Below are positions 1 through 10,400 of a DNA stretch of 33,519 nucleotides, one piece after another; position 1 is the stretch's first letter; each line of letters opens with the position of its first letter. Source of the DNA: a virus. Taxonomy: Duplodnaviria; Caudoviricetes. The stretch is from the IMG/VR virus record IMGVR_UViG_3300005758_000106, positions 1 to 33,519 of that record; one strand, given 5' to 3'. The position numbers and the translations under genes were made by a program. A model generated the notes under the pieces. The model did no database searches and had not been told where the DNA came from. It worked only from the letters and a program-made list of their open reading frames with translations.

Positions 1-1182
1 CCCAATGGGGCATTACTAAAATTTTCTCATATGCAACATGAAAATAATAAATTGGATCATAAAGGTGGACAATATTCTTTAGTGATCTTTGATGAAGCAA
101 CTGATTTCAGTGAAGATATGGTTGTATATTTATTATCCCGCATGCGTAATGCATATGTAGATTATAAACCTCAAATGTTTATGATGACCAATCCCGATTA
201 TAATTCGTTCTTGAGGCAATGGATTGAAGATTATTATCTTGATCCAAACACAGGTATTCCAATTGCTGAAAAAGCAGGACATAAACGCTATTTTTTCCGT
301 CAAGGCAATACAATGCTTTGGTATAATACTTTAGAGGAAGCTGAAGCTGCTCACGGGACTGGTGATGAATCTGGTATCTCTTCGTTTACTTTCATCGGTG
401 CTACTTGCAGAGATAATCCACCGTTACTAAAAGCTCAACCAGATTATATCAGCCGATTGATGTCCCTTCCTCGCGTCGAGAAAGAGCGATTATTAGATGG
501 CTCTTGGTTTGCTCGTATTGAAAACGCAGGACTATGGAAACGTGAATGGGTACAACTTGTAGATCATCCAAACGGTAGAGCAAGAAAAAGAATTCGTGCT
601 TGGGACTTTGCATTTAGTAAACCTTCCGAGCAATATCCTAATCCTGACTGGACTCGTGGTATTTTAGTTTCAAAGGATGGAACAAATGTTTATACTGTCG
701 AAGATATTGTCTCGATTAGGGACAGAGTTCACGAAGTTGAAAAACTTGTATTTGAAACAGCATTACGCGATGGGCAGGATGTTACGATATCTATCCCTCT
801 TGATCCAGCGGCAGCAGCCGGTGCGTATGCTAAGGATTTACAAAGAAAACTTGCTGAAATGGGATTTACTGTAAAGTTAACCAAGCCTGTAAAGTCTAAG
901 ATAACACGCTTTGCTCCATTTTCAAGTATAACTCAGGCAGGTTTTGTCAATGTAGTTAAAGCAAACTGGAACAAAGATTTTTTTGATGAATTAGAAACCT
1001 TCGATGGCGATCCTAAAAAGAAAGACGATCAGGTTGACTGCTGTTCAGATGCAATGCTACTCTTAAATAGAGAGATGCATTTACCTGATTTTAGTTTACC
1101 AGATTTAACTGGTATTAATCCATTCGATAAGATGGCAAGCTCTTCAATTGAGATGCCTGTATACGCTAACATTGGTATTTAA
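1..1182 (+). CDS. terL: Terminase large subunit, C-terminal part (5'-truncated by window edge)
   Basis: Frame 1 is open from base 1 (PNGALLKFSHMQHE...). Walker B YSLVIFDEATDF, coupling motif MTNP, RNase H-like nuclease motifs RAWDFA and KKDDQVD. Directly upstream of the portal. Confidence 0.95.
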   Translation, partial: PNGALLKFSHMQHENNKLDHKGGQYSLVIFDEATDFSEDMVVYLLSRMRNAYVDYKPQMFMMTNPDYNSFLRQWIEDYYLDPNTGIPIAEKAGHKRYFFRQGNTMLWYNTLEEAEAAHGTGDESGISSFTFIGATCRDNPPLLKAQPDYISRLMSLPRVEKERLLDGSWFARIENAGLWKREWVQLVDHPNGRARKRIRAWDFAFSKPSEQYPNPDWTRGILVSKDGTNVYTVEDIVSIRDRVHEVEKLVFETALRDGQDVTISIPLDPAAAAGAYAKDLQRKLAEMGFTVKLTKPVKSKITRFAPFSSITQAGFVNVVKANWNKDFFDELETFDGDPKKKDDQVDCCSDAMLLLNREMHLPDFSLPDLTGINPFDKMASSSIEMPVYANIGI

Positions 1183-1195
1183 AAAGGAGCCTTAG

Positions 1196-2680
1196 ATGGC
1201 AACAAAACGAAATTTAAAGCCTGTCACTAAGGCAACTCTAGAAGATACCCCAGAACGATTTAAATTAAGTGAAGCTGGTTATCTTGGTTTAAATGTATGG
1301 AATGGCATTACCCAAGATGAATTAAAGAAAGAACTAAACTTCCCTCATAGCATCAATACCTATAAGCAAATGACTTATCATGGTATTGTTAATGCTGCTT
1401 TAACTTTATTTGATAATTTAATTGGTAAAGTTAGTTGGAATTTTAAACCTCCACGCGATGCAAGCGATGAAGAAAAGCGCCAAGCTGAAATCATCAATCA
1501 GATGATGCATGATATGCAAGATCAAACTTGGCAAGAATTCATCAGTGATGCTCTTAGTTCTAATGTCTTTGGTTTCTCTGTGCATGAAAAAGTATATCGT
1601 AGAAGAAATAAATCCAATGGTTCAAGGTACAACGATAACCTAATTGGTTGGAAAAGATTACCAATTAGAAACCAGGAAACTATCGAAAAATTCATCTTCT
1701 CAAATGATGGTAACGATATTCTTGGTGTAAAGCAAAACTTAAGTACTGTTTCAGATTTATACGCAAGATATACTAATCGTACTTTGAAAGAAGTTGTTTT
1801 ACCTCGCAGTAAGATTTTACTTTTCCGCGCAGGAAAACATAAAGGTGATCCTTTTGGTAAATCTATGCTTCGGGATGCATATCTAGCTTGGAGGTTTTTG
1901 ACAGTAATCGAAGAAATCGAAGCAAATGGTGTAGCTAAAGATTTAGCTGGTTTACCTGTACTAAAGCTACCACCTCAGTATCTATCTTCCGATGCTTCTC
2001 CTGAACAAAAAGCAATTAGAGCTTATTACGAAAATGTAATGCGTAATTTGCAAATGAATCAGCAATCGGCGTTGATCCTACCACAAGCTTTCGATCCTGA
2101 GACTCGCAATCCTTTATTTGAACTTGACTTACTCTCCCTAAACGGTAGTAAGGCAATGGATACCAGCAAGATCAAAGAATATTATAAAAATATGATTGTC
2201 ACTGCTTTGTTTGCAGATGTTCTAATCATGGGTCAGCAAGGCGGTGGTTCTCTAGCTCTAGGTCAGATTAAGAATTCTCTATCTGCTAGTGCAGCAGAAG
2301 CTATGCTAGATAAGATTGTAAATGTTATCAATAATGATCTAATTAGACAAACCTATGAACTCAATAATTGGGATACTTCAAGAATGGGTTCGATGGATTA
2401 TGATAATCTAGAAAATGACGATTTAGAATCATTCTCTAAAGCTGTACAAAGATTTGCAAGTACTTCTGTCATTGAAGTTGATCGTGCTGTTCTCAATCGG
2501 GTTCGTGAAAGCATTGGTGTCGATCCATTACCCTTGGATGAAGAACCAATGAAGGAATATATACCAAAAGCTACTTCACGTTCTGGTGACGGAATGGCAG
2601 TAGGTACAACAGGTAGCGGTACTGCAACAAGCGCAGTCGGTAGCGACACATCAAGTAATAATTTAGAAAACGCAGGTTAA
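1196..2680 (+). CDS. Portal protein (DUF935-like)
   Basis: 494 aa after terL, SD AGGAG. Motifs FGFSVHEKVY, GDPFGKSMLRDAYLAW and GGSLALGQ are typical of DUF935/Mu gp29-like portals. Confidence 0.9.
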   Translation: MATKRNLKPVTKATLEDTPERFKLSEAGYLGLNVWNGITQDELKKELNFPHSINTYKQMTYHGIVNAALTLFDNLIGKVSWNFKPPRDASDEEKRQAEIINQMMHDMQDQTWQEFISDALSSNVFGFSVHEKVYRRRNKSNGSRYNDNLIGWKRLPIRNQETIEKFIFSNDGNDILGVKQNLSTVSDLYARYTNRTLKEVVLPRSKILLFRAGKHKGDPFGKSMLRDAYLAWRFLTVIEEIEANGVAKDLAGLPVLKLPPQYLSSDASPEQKAIRAYYENVMRNLQMNQQSALILPQAFDPETRNPLFELDLLSLNGSKAMDTSKIKEYYKNMIVTALFADVLIMGQQGGGSLALGQIKNSLSASAAEAMLDKIVNVINNDLIRQTYELNNWDTSRMGSMDYDNLENDDLESFSKAVQRFASTSVIEVDRAVLNRVRESIGVDPLPLDEEPMKEYIPKATSRSGDGMAVGTTGSGTATSAVGSDTSSNNLENAG

Positions 2681-2682
2681 TT

Positions 2683-2907
2683 ATGCCATATAGGAAAGAT
2701 AATCCACCTCAGTGGGCAAGTAAGAAAAGTGCAGCAGTTCAAGAAGTTGCAATTCGTGTCTTTAACCAGACTTTAAAAGATACTGGTTCAGAAGAGAAAG
2801 CAAGAATTGCTTCTTTAGCTGCTATGAAAAATGCAGAAGAAGCTGAAAAGAAAAAGAAGGTTTCTAAAGCAGTTGAAGAAATTCTGAAGTCTAAATATTC
2901 TAACTAA
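2683..2907 (+). CDS. Small ChaB-like protein
   Basis: MPY...PQW....AVQEVAIRVFNQTL...SEEKARIASLAAMK resembles the ChaB pattern (MPY..LP...AQ.IF..AFN....E..A...AW.AVK). Tightly coupled to the portal stop. Confidence 0.65.
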   Translation: MPYRKDNPPQWASKKSAAVQEVAIRVFNQTLKDTGSEEKARIASLAAMKNAEEAEKKKKVSKAVEEILKSKYSN

Positions 2908-2919
2908 AAGGAAATACTC

Positions 2920-4395
2920 ATGTCTAACAAAAAATTTAGCGATACAAGCATCCCTTTGCATCTGAGAAATAAATCAGAAGAAATTAAAAAGATGTTTGTT
3001 AAAGTCGCTAATGAATCGTATGATAAAGGCATGAGTATGTCTCAGTCAATTGCAAAAGCAAGTGAAGCTGCGGCTAACTTAGAACAGCAATTGATTGTAA
3101 AAGTAAATAAAACTGGAGTATCTGTTGAGGATAAACTCAAAGATACTATCAGAAAAAGACTTGAGCAAGCTGAAACTTTTAGTATTCTTGATGAAGAAAA
3201 TGAAGATATCGTAGAAGTAGAAAAAGCAGCTTTAGAAGATCAATTGTCGGATGATGTAGTTTCTGCTGATTTTGATACATACGGTAGACTTGTGATTACT
3301 CTCGAAAGCGGTAAGAGAATTATCTCAAAGAAACCTGCGTATAAAGAGCAGTTAGAGCAAAATATCGTAGTTACTAATGATTATCGTCCATTTATCGAAA
3401 TGCAGGAACCAACTGGCTTTAAAACTAGAACAACTAGCCAGTTGAGTTTCAATAACGCAACTAGAACTTTTACTATTTCTGCTAAACCACCTGCTACTGA
3501 ATTTAACGTATGGCTTCATGCTAGAGAATTTACACGGCAATCTGAATCAGTTCAAATTCCAGATATATCAGGTATTCATTTCTTTTATTTCGATTATCCA
3601 GATAATGAGTTAAAAACTACAATGACTGCTAGTGCAGATTTATTTATGAATACTGCATTAGTCGCCCTAGTTTATTGGAGGGCAGATCAGCAGCGTAGTA
3701 TTTATTTTGCAGATGAACGTCACGGAATTGTAATGGATGGTGCTACACACCAGCACTTTCACTTATCAATTGGTGCTCAATATCGAACAGGTCTTGGGTT
3801 ATATAATTTCCAAGCTGATCAAACTGGTGCTCTTGACTCACACGCTCAGTTTGCGTGTCAAAATGGTTTAATTGCAGATGAAGACTTGAATATTCAAATC
3901 CTAGATGGTCTTCCTCAAGAATTAGCACCAATTATCAATTTACCAGTATTTTATAGAATTGGCTCTTCAAATACACCTTGGTACAAAAAGGATATTGGAG
4001 CTTTTCCATTAATTATGCCTGGACAAGTTACACATTATCCAACCGGAACTAGACCTTGCTATAACTACGAAGTAAATGGAAACTGGCAAATTGCAGAAGT
4101 ACCAAATAATAAATTTTTATTAGTTCATATTCTTGCAACAAATGATATAAATCATCCGATCATAGCAATTCTAGGAAGACAATATGATACTAAAAGTACA
4201 GCAAGAGAAGCAATTCAACAAGAAATTGGTGCTTTATCAAATCTTCCAATTTTAGAATTTGTAAAACTAGGATCAATTATTTATGAATGTGCTGATTCTT
4301 ATAGTAATTCTGTAAAATCAAGAGTAGTAACAATCGATGGTACTTTGCCGTATTACGATTTCAGACAGACATTTTTCACGTTCGTAAGATTTTAA
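2920..4395 (+). CDS. Putative virion protein: N-terminal ChaB-like helical domain, acidic linker, uncharacterised beta-rich C-terminal domain
   Basis: 491 aa, SD AAGGA. N-terminus IPLHLRNKSEEIKKMFVKVANESY parallels the upstream ChaB-like protein. C-terminal domain contains DERHG..MDGATHQHFH. Confidence 0.55.
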   Translation: MSNKKFSDTSIPLHLRNKSEEIKKMFVKVANESYDKGMSMSQSIAKASEAAANLEQQLIVKVNKTGVSVEDKLKDTIRKRLEQAETFSILDEENEDIVEVEKAALEDQLSDDVVSADFDTYGRLVITLESGKRIISKKPAYKEQLEQNIVVTNDYRPFIEMQEPTGFKTRTTSQLSFNNATRTFTISAKPPATEFNVWLHAREFTRQSESVQIPDISGIHFFYFDYPDNELKTTMTASADLFMNTALVALVYWRADQQRSIYFADERHGIVMDGATHQHFHLSIGAQYRTGLGLYNFQADQTGALDSHAQFACQNGLIADEDLNIQILDGLPQELAPIINLPVFYRIGSSNTPWYKKDIGAFPLIMPGQVTHYPTGTRPCYNYEVNGNWQIAEVPNNKFLLVHILATNDINHPIIAILGRQYDTKSTAREAIQQEIGALSNLPILEFVKLGSIIYECADSYSNSVKSRVVTIDGTLPYYDFRQTFFTFVRF

Positions 4396-4404
4396 ATATT
4401 ACTC

Positions 4405-4433
4405 TTGAAAATATTATATATTTATGATATAAT
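4405..4433 (+). promoter_or_regulatory. sigma70-type promoter with extended -10
   Basis: TTGAAA (4405-4410), 17 bp, TATAAT (4428-4433), preceded by TGn. Confidence 0.85.
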
Positions 4434-4443
4434 GAATTAAGTA

Positions 4444-4477
4444 GCCCTCCGTTTATTCGGAGGGTCTTTATTTGTTT
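4444..4477 (+). terminator. Hairpin / intrinsic terminator immediately downstream of the promoter
   Basis: GCCCTCCG-TTTATT-CGGAGGGT followed by CTTTATTTGTTT. Confidence 0.65.
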
Positions 4478-4508
4478 ATAATATCGTAATCTCAAAACGA
4501 GGAATGAA

Positions 4509-4865
4509 ATGCAACCAGCAAATTTAGATTTAACGATTTATAAAGGATCAACTTTTGTAAAAACTATTCAGTGGAAAACTGGTGATCCTGCTGTTGCAGT
4601 TGATCTTACGGGTTGCACTGCTAGAATGCAGGTTAGAAAGAGTCCTTGTGATTCAAGTCTTCTTGAATCTTTAAGTACCGAAAACGGTAAAATTGTTATT
4701 ACTGAACCAATGAATGGAAAACTTGAGATTAGAATCTCAGCCAATACATCCAGTGCATATACTTTTATGACTGGTGTATACGATTTAGAAATTGTTTTTA
4801 ACAACGGTACAATAATTAGAATTATTGAAGGTAATTTCATTGCAATGCCAGAGGTGACTAGATGA
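4509..4865 (+). CDS. Collar / fibre-anchor beta-sandwich protein (T5 p132/LtfC- or BppU-N-like)
   Basis: 118 aa, SD GAGGA. Pattern DLTIYKGSTF...VDLTGCTARMQVR...GVYDLEI...RIIEGNF..PEVTR is typical of this small fold found next to fibre genes. Confidence 0.65.
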   Translation: MQPANLDLTIYKGSTFVKTIQWKTGDPAVAVDLTGCTARMQVRKSPCDSSLLESLSTENGKIVITEPMNGKLEIRISANTSSAYTFMTGVYDLEIVFNNGTIIRIIEGNFIAMPEVTR

Positions 4866-5131
4866 CACAAGTTATTGTAGATCAACGATACGACACAATA
4901 ATTGTAGACGATTCGCCAAACAATACTATTCTTGTAAAAACTCCAGAAACTAATTTAATTATTACAGCAGGGGAACAAGGTCCACCAGGAATTACGTATA
5001 TAAATCAAGCTAGTGACGTTAATGTGTCAAATCTAGAAAATGGTTCTATCTTGGTTTATTCTGAATCTAGCGAAAAATGGGTCGCTACTAGACTACTTGA
5101 AAACCAGAGTGTTGAGTCTGGACATTATTAA
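4862..5131 (+). CDS. Small fibre-associated structural protein
   Basis: 89 aa, ATGA overlap with the upstream gene. Short collagen-like GEQGPPG, motif DVNVSNLENGSILVY..SSEKW, C-terminus ESGHY. Confidence 0.6.
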   Translation: MTQVIVDQRYDTIIVDDSPNNTILVKTPETNLIITAGEQGPPGITYINQASDVNVSNLENGSILVYSESSEKWVATRLLENQSVESGHY

Positions 5132-5145
5132 TTTAAGGAAAAATT

Positions 5146-7428
5146 ATGGCTTCAATCGTAAGAATTAAGCGTTCTGAAGTTGCAGGTAATCCTACAACTT
5201 TAGCTCAAGGTGAATTAGCCTATTCTGCATTACAAGACAATGGTTCTAATGGTGGTGATCGTCTATACATCGGTATGGGTACGGAAACCGCAGGAAATGC
5301 TGCCAACCACGTTGTAATCGGTGGTAAGTATTTTACTGACATGATGGATCATACGAGAGGTGTACTAACTGCCAATAGTGCAATTCTTGTAGATGCAAAT
5401 AGTAAAATTGACAATCTAAAAGTAGATAATATTGATATCGATGGTAATACGATTAGCTCTCTTAACGCTAATGGTAATATTGAACTAGCTCCAAATGGTT
5501 CTGGTTCAGTTGTACTCGATGGTCAAAACTGGCCCCAAACATCTGGTAGTAATGGTCAATATTTAAAAACCAATGGTGCTGGTCAAACTTCATGGTCAAC
5601 TTTACCTCCTAGTGATTTTACAATTACTGGTGATACTGGTAGTGACCTATTCAGTACTGGTAGTACTTTAAATCTTGTCGGTTCGGGAGCAATCGACACA
5701 GCAGTAACTGACGATACTGTTACCTTTTCTATCAAAGATGCTTCTAATACTGTAAAAGGTGCAGCATCTTTTAGCTCTACAGATTTCGATGTAACCGAAG
5801 GTGCAGTCAGTATTAAACACGAAGCTGTTCAAGATATTGTTGGTGCAATGGTTTCCAGCAATATCGAGAATGGTATTAGTGTAGTATATGATGATGTAAA
5901 CGCTAAATTAGATTTTACTGTAAATAATCCTGTAATTACAATTTCTGGTGATGCTGATGGTTCAGCAACAATGACCAATCTAGGTAATACTACGATTTCC
6001 ATTACGCTAGATACAGTAAACTCAAATGTAGGTTCTTTTGGTTCTGCAAGTGCAATACCTGTTATCACAGTAAATGAAAAAGGTCTAGTTACTGCGGTTT
6101 CTACTGCCTCTATCAGCACTTCATTTACACTAGCTGCTGATTCTGGTGCTCCGGATATATTCAATAATGGTGAAACCTTATCTATCGTCGGTGGCGAAGG
6201 TATTGATACCTCCATTAATGATGCTACAAACACAATTACAATTTCTGGCGAAGATGCCTCAAATGATAATAAAGGTATTGCTTCGTTTAATGCAGCAAGT
6301 TTTAATGTAGTTTCCGGTGATGTTACAATTAAAGCTGGTGGTGTAACAAATACTCAGCTTGCAAATTCCAGTGTAACTATTGGTACTAGTAATGTATCTC
6401 TTGGTAGCACAATCACTACACTATCTGGTCTAACTGAACTACAAGTTGACAATATTAATATCAACGGTAATACCATTACTGCAACTGATACTAATGGTAA
6501 TGTTGTTCTAGTTCCAAATGGCACTGGTGTAGTAGATGTTACAGATTCACGGATTACTGGTGTAGCCGATCCAATCAATGGCAATGATGCTGCAAATAAA
6601 GCATATGTCGATAATGCAATTACTGGTCTTAGTTTTAAAGAAGCAGTAAATCTATTAGCTAAAACTAATGTACCTCTAACTGGTTCAACAAGTACTCTAG
6701 TTATTGATGGTCATTCCGCTTTAGATCAGGCAGACAATGGTTATCGTATTCTTCTAACTGGACAAACTGTAGATACTGAAAATGGTATTTATGTCTATGC
6801 TGACAATGGTACAACATACGCTCTAACTCGTACTTCCGATGCAGATGTTTACACTGAGCTAGATGGAGCATCGGTATTCATTGTAGAAGGTGTAACATAC
6901 GGTCAAACTGGTTGGGTACAAACTAATCACTATCTAACAAGTTTTGCAGGTCAAACATGGGTTCAGTTCTCAGGTTCTGGTGCATACGTAGCTGGTGAAG
7001 GTTTAACATTAACTGGAACTACTTTTGATGTAGGTGCTGGTCCTGGCATTAGTGTCACAAATAATGCTGTCGGTTTAGCTAATTCAGTTGCTGGTGACGG
7101 TCTTACTTTCAATGCAGGTGTAATCAATGCAGTTGGTGCAGCAGATAGAATTACAGTATCCGCTGACGCAATTGATATTGCAAATACTTATGCTGGTCAA
7201 ACTAGTATTACTACATTGGGTACTATTACAACTGGTGTATGGTCTGCCACTACTATTGCTACTACAAAAGGTGGTACTGGCTTGACAAGTTATGCAACTG
7301 GTGATATACTATATGCATCTGCCACTAATACTTTATCTAAATTAAGTGCTGGTATTACTGGTCAAGTATTACAAGTAAGTGCTGATGGTGTTCCAGTTTG
7401 GGCTGATTTAGACGGTGGTACATACTAA
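5146..7428 (+). CDS. Long fibre protein 1 (Mtd_N-like N-terminus, YadA-stalk-like motif)
   Basis: 760 aa, G/T/N/D-rich, SD AAGGA. N-terminus IRIKRS....P..L..GELAY-like. Duplicated VDNI.I.GNTI....NGN..L.PNG.G motif, RITGVADPINGNDAANKAYVD, C-terminus LDGGTY. Confidence 0.75.
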   Translation: MASIVRIKRSEVAGNPTTLAQGELAYSALQDNGSNGGDRLYIGMGTETAGNAANHVVIGGKYFTDMMDHTRGVLTANSAILVDANSKIDNLKVDNIDIDGNTISSLNANGNIELAPNGSGSVVLDGQNWPQTSGSNGQYLKTNGAGQTSWSTLPPSDFTITGDTGSDLFSTGSTLNLVGSGAIDTAVTDDTVTFSIKDASNTVKGAASFSSTDFDVTEGAVSIKHEAVQDIVGAMVSSNIENGISVVYDDVNAKLDFTVNNPVITISGDADGSATMTNLGNTTISITLDTVNSNVGSFGSASAIPVITVNEKGLVTAVSTASISTSFTLAADSGAPDIFNNGETLSIVGGEGIDTSINDATNTITISGEDASNDNKGIASFNAASFNVVSGDVTIKAGGVTNTQLANSSVTIGTSNVSLGSTITTLSGLTELQVDNININGNTITATDTNGNVVLVPNGTGVVDVTDSRITGVADPINGNDAANKAYVDNAITGLSFKEAVNLLAKTNVPLTGSTSTLVIDGHSALDQADNGYRILLTGQTVDTENGIYVYADNGTTYALTRTSDADVYTELDGASVFIVEGVTYGQTGWVQTNHYLTSFAGQTWVQFSGSGAYVAGEGLTLTGTTFDVGAGPGISVTNNAVGLANSVAGDGLTFNAGVINAVGAADRITVSADAIDIANTYAGQTSITTLGTITTGVWSATTIATTKGGTGLTSYATGDILYASATNTLSKLSAGITGQVLQVSADGVPVWADLDGGTY

Positions 7429-7447
7429 ATAAAGCAAAATTTAAAAC

Positions 7448-7474
7448 AAGGCAGTTTTTACTGCCTTTTTATTT
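7448..7474 (+). terminator. Intrinsic terminator
   Basis: AAGGCAGT-TTTT-ACTGCCTT followed by TTTATTT. Confidence 0.8.
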
Positions 7475-7494
7475 ACCTTCACTAAGGATTAAGA

Positions 7495-10400
7495 ATGCCA
7501 AACAAGATTATATTAAAGAAATCATCCGTATCTTCAAAAGTTCCTTTAAGTACCGATTTAGATTTCGGTGAATTGGCTATTAATTATGCTGATGGTAAGA
7601 TTTATTTTAAGAAATCAAACGGTACTATTGATGCTTTTAGCTCTGGTACTGGTGCATCTAAAATTGTATATACATTAACAAATCCAACAAATGAAGCATG
7701 GTATACAATTGCCTCTAATAATAATATTACCGAATCTGATGTTTCTGGTGTATTCTATGTTTATGATCAGAACTATTTAGCTAGTCATGTAAAATTCACA
7801 GCAGATACCGACGCTGGTTATGGTTATTTGAGTGTATCTTCAAATAGTGGATACGGTTCAATTTCGAAAATCAGATTAGTAAACACTGGAGCAACTTTCC
7901 TTGTCCAGATTCAAATTAATGGTACTACTGGTTCCCCCAATTTCTTCTTTGAAAATACAACTGGTGTAAATACTTGGACTCCTGTAAACTGGACTTTAGA
8001 TAATACTAGTTATACAGCTTCTCAGATTAAAGCTGAAATTGATATTTTAGGTAAAACATCTAGTTTAATTCATGCTGGAGAAATTTATTCTGGAAATTTA
8101 AAAACACAGTATAGAGTTTTAAATACTGGAAATTATTCCGGTTATGCTCTACCCCTAACAGGTGGTACTCTAACTGGTGTTCTACGTGGTCCAGGCGCTG
8201 CATTTACTGGTTTTGGAACTGGTGTTACAGGTGGAAATTTAGAGCTTGGTTTTGATGGTTCGCAAGTAGTTCTTCAAGGTTACAATAGAACAACTTCTGC
8301 TTATTTACCAATGTGGCTTGAGAGTTCAAACCTTCGCATCGGCATTAACGGTAGTAGTCGAGTAACTGTAGATGCTAATGCCCTCAATTCACAAGTATCT
8401 ATTCAACAATCAGGAAATCAAGTTTTACATGCTGGCAATTATACTAGCTACAGTCCTTCTGTCACAGGAACTGGTGCATCTGGCACTTGGGGTATTAATG
8501 TTACTGGTGCTTCGAATGGTTTAGCTAGTACTGGTTATGGTGAAGGTCGATTAACTTGGCTACAGCAAGATGCAGGTTTTCAAACCTGGAATGGTGGTTG
8601 GGCAAGTCATTTAATTTCAAATCATGGTAATGGAAGCAGCTACTACAATCAAACTTTAATTTTACCATTTTGGGGTCCACCTCAATATATGCGTAAAGAA
8701 GGTGGTACAGATGTTGGTCCTTGGGTTTTTCTAACTACTGAAAATTATAGTAATTATTCTTTACCATTAAGTGGAGGTACAATTTCTGGAAATCTCGGAC
8801 TAGGGACCAATCCAGATTTACGACTTTCAGTAAGTGGTGATGCACATATTTCCGGATATCTGTATATGGGTGGTTCCGCTGGTATTTATAGTACCTGGGG
8901 ATCACGCGAATATACAACAAGTGGTCTTCGTTATTTTAATGCCTCTTCGTATGAATTTAATAATTCCGGATACGGTAGTACTTTTACATTCACGATTGAT
9001 TCCACAAGACTTGCTTATAAATCAAATACAGTTTTACATGCTGGCAACTACTCCAGCTACGCCCTCCCGCTAAGCGGCGGAACAGTCACGGGCGTGCTGA
9101 ATGCGACTGGCGGCTCGAAGATCGTCGTACAGAACTCACAAGACGGCGGCACTGGTCGCGGCCTTTACCTCTGGAACAGCGGTGACACCAACTGGGTCAT
9201 CTACATGGGCCAAGCTGGCGCCGGCAAATCCGCGTCCGGAGGAACTGCTGCAACGGGCATCGATGGGCGTGGTGAGCATCACATTCGCTCCAGGGTTGCA
9301 GCTGGCACGGGTCAGGGGTTCATCTGGGAAAACAATGGTGAGATTGCACTCATGCAACTCACCTCCGACGCGGGCAACCTGTACACGCGAGGGCAAATCT
9401 ACGCCGGAAACAGCACGAGCAATCTTGTTCTCCACACCGGCAATTACTCCAGCTACGCCCTCCCGCTAAGCGGCGGCACGCTGACCGGCGCGATCAACAT
9501 GGTCGGTACGCAAAAAATCACAAACGCTGGCTTTGCAGGAGTCGAGTATTGGAACAGTTCGTCCATTTGGGAAGGCTACATCGGCACGGAGAACAACTCC
9601 GGCAACCTGCGTTACAACTCTCGGCAAGGCACGCACACTTGGTACGCAAACGGCACATTCATCGGCTCTTTGTCCGCTGCCGGACTGAACACAAGTGGAA
9701 GTGAAACTCGCGCTATCAACTTTGTATTCCCGTCGTCCTACAACGGCACGGGCTACGGCAACCTGATCGAGCGCATCAACTTCCCCTGGTATAGCGAGTA
9801 TTGGGACATCGGCGTTCGACGCGGCGGCGCCACAGACATTCAGTCCATGGAGTGGTGGCTGAATGGCTCCAGCAAGCGCATGGAATTGACTCGTGACGGC
9901 GTGCTGTACGTCAACGGCAACACCGCGCTCCACGCTGGCAACTACACCGGCTTTGACGGTAATCTGCGAGCGCTTGGCGCCAATGATGGCGTGGACTTCA
10001 ATGCCACGGCTTACAACTCAATGTACTACGCGCACATCGCGAGTAGCTCCAACAAGCCGACCTCATACAGCTACCCCTACGGCACCATCCTGACGTTTGA
10101 TCCCGGACTTGGGGTGGGCGGTCGTGCCCAGTTTTATGTGAGCCACGCTGGTAATGATTTGATCTTTCGCGGTGGCTGGGGCGCGGCTGGCTGGAATTCA
10201 TGGAATAAAGTTCTCACTGACCAGAACTACACAAATTACAGTCCATCGCTAACAGGTGCGGGAGCATCTGGTACTTGGGGCATTAATATAACCGGATCGT
10301 CTGCATCTGCTGGTTGGTCAACTTATAATCAAATATTAGATACTCGTGCAGGTCAATTAACTCCCAACGATTATCAAGGCTACAGAGTAACTTACGAGTT

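Noticed and set aside
8735-10201. Cluster of alternative-frame and antisense ORFs in fibre 2
   Set aside because: By-product of the GC-rich island having fewer off-frame stops. No SD or recognisable products.
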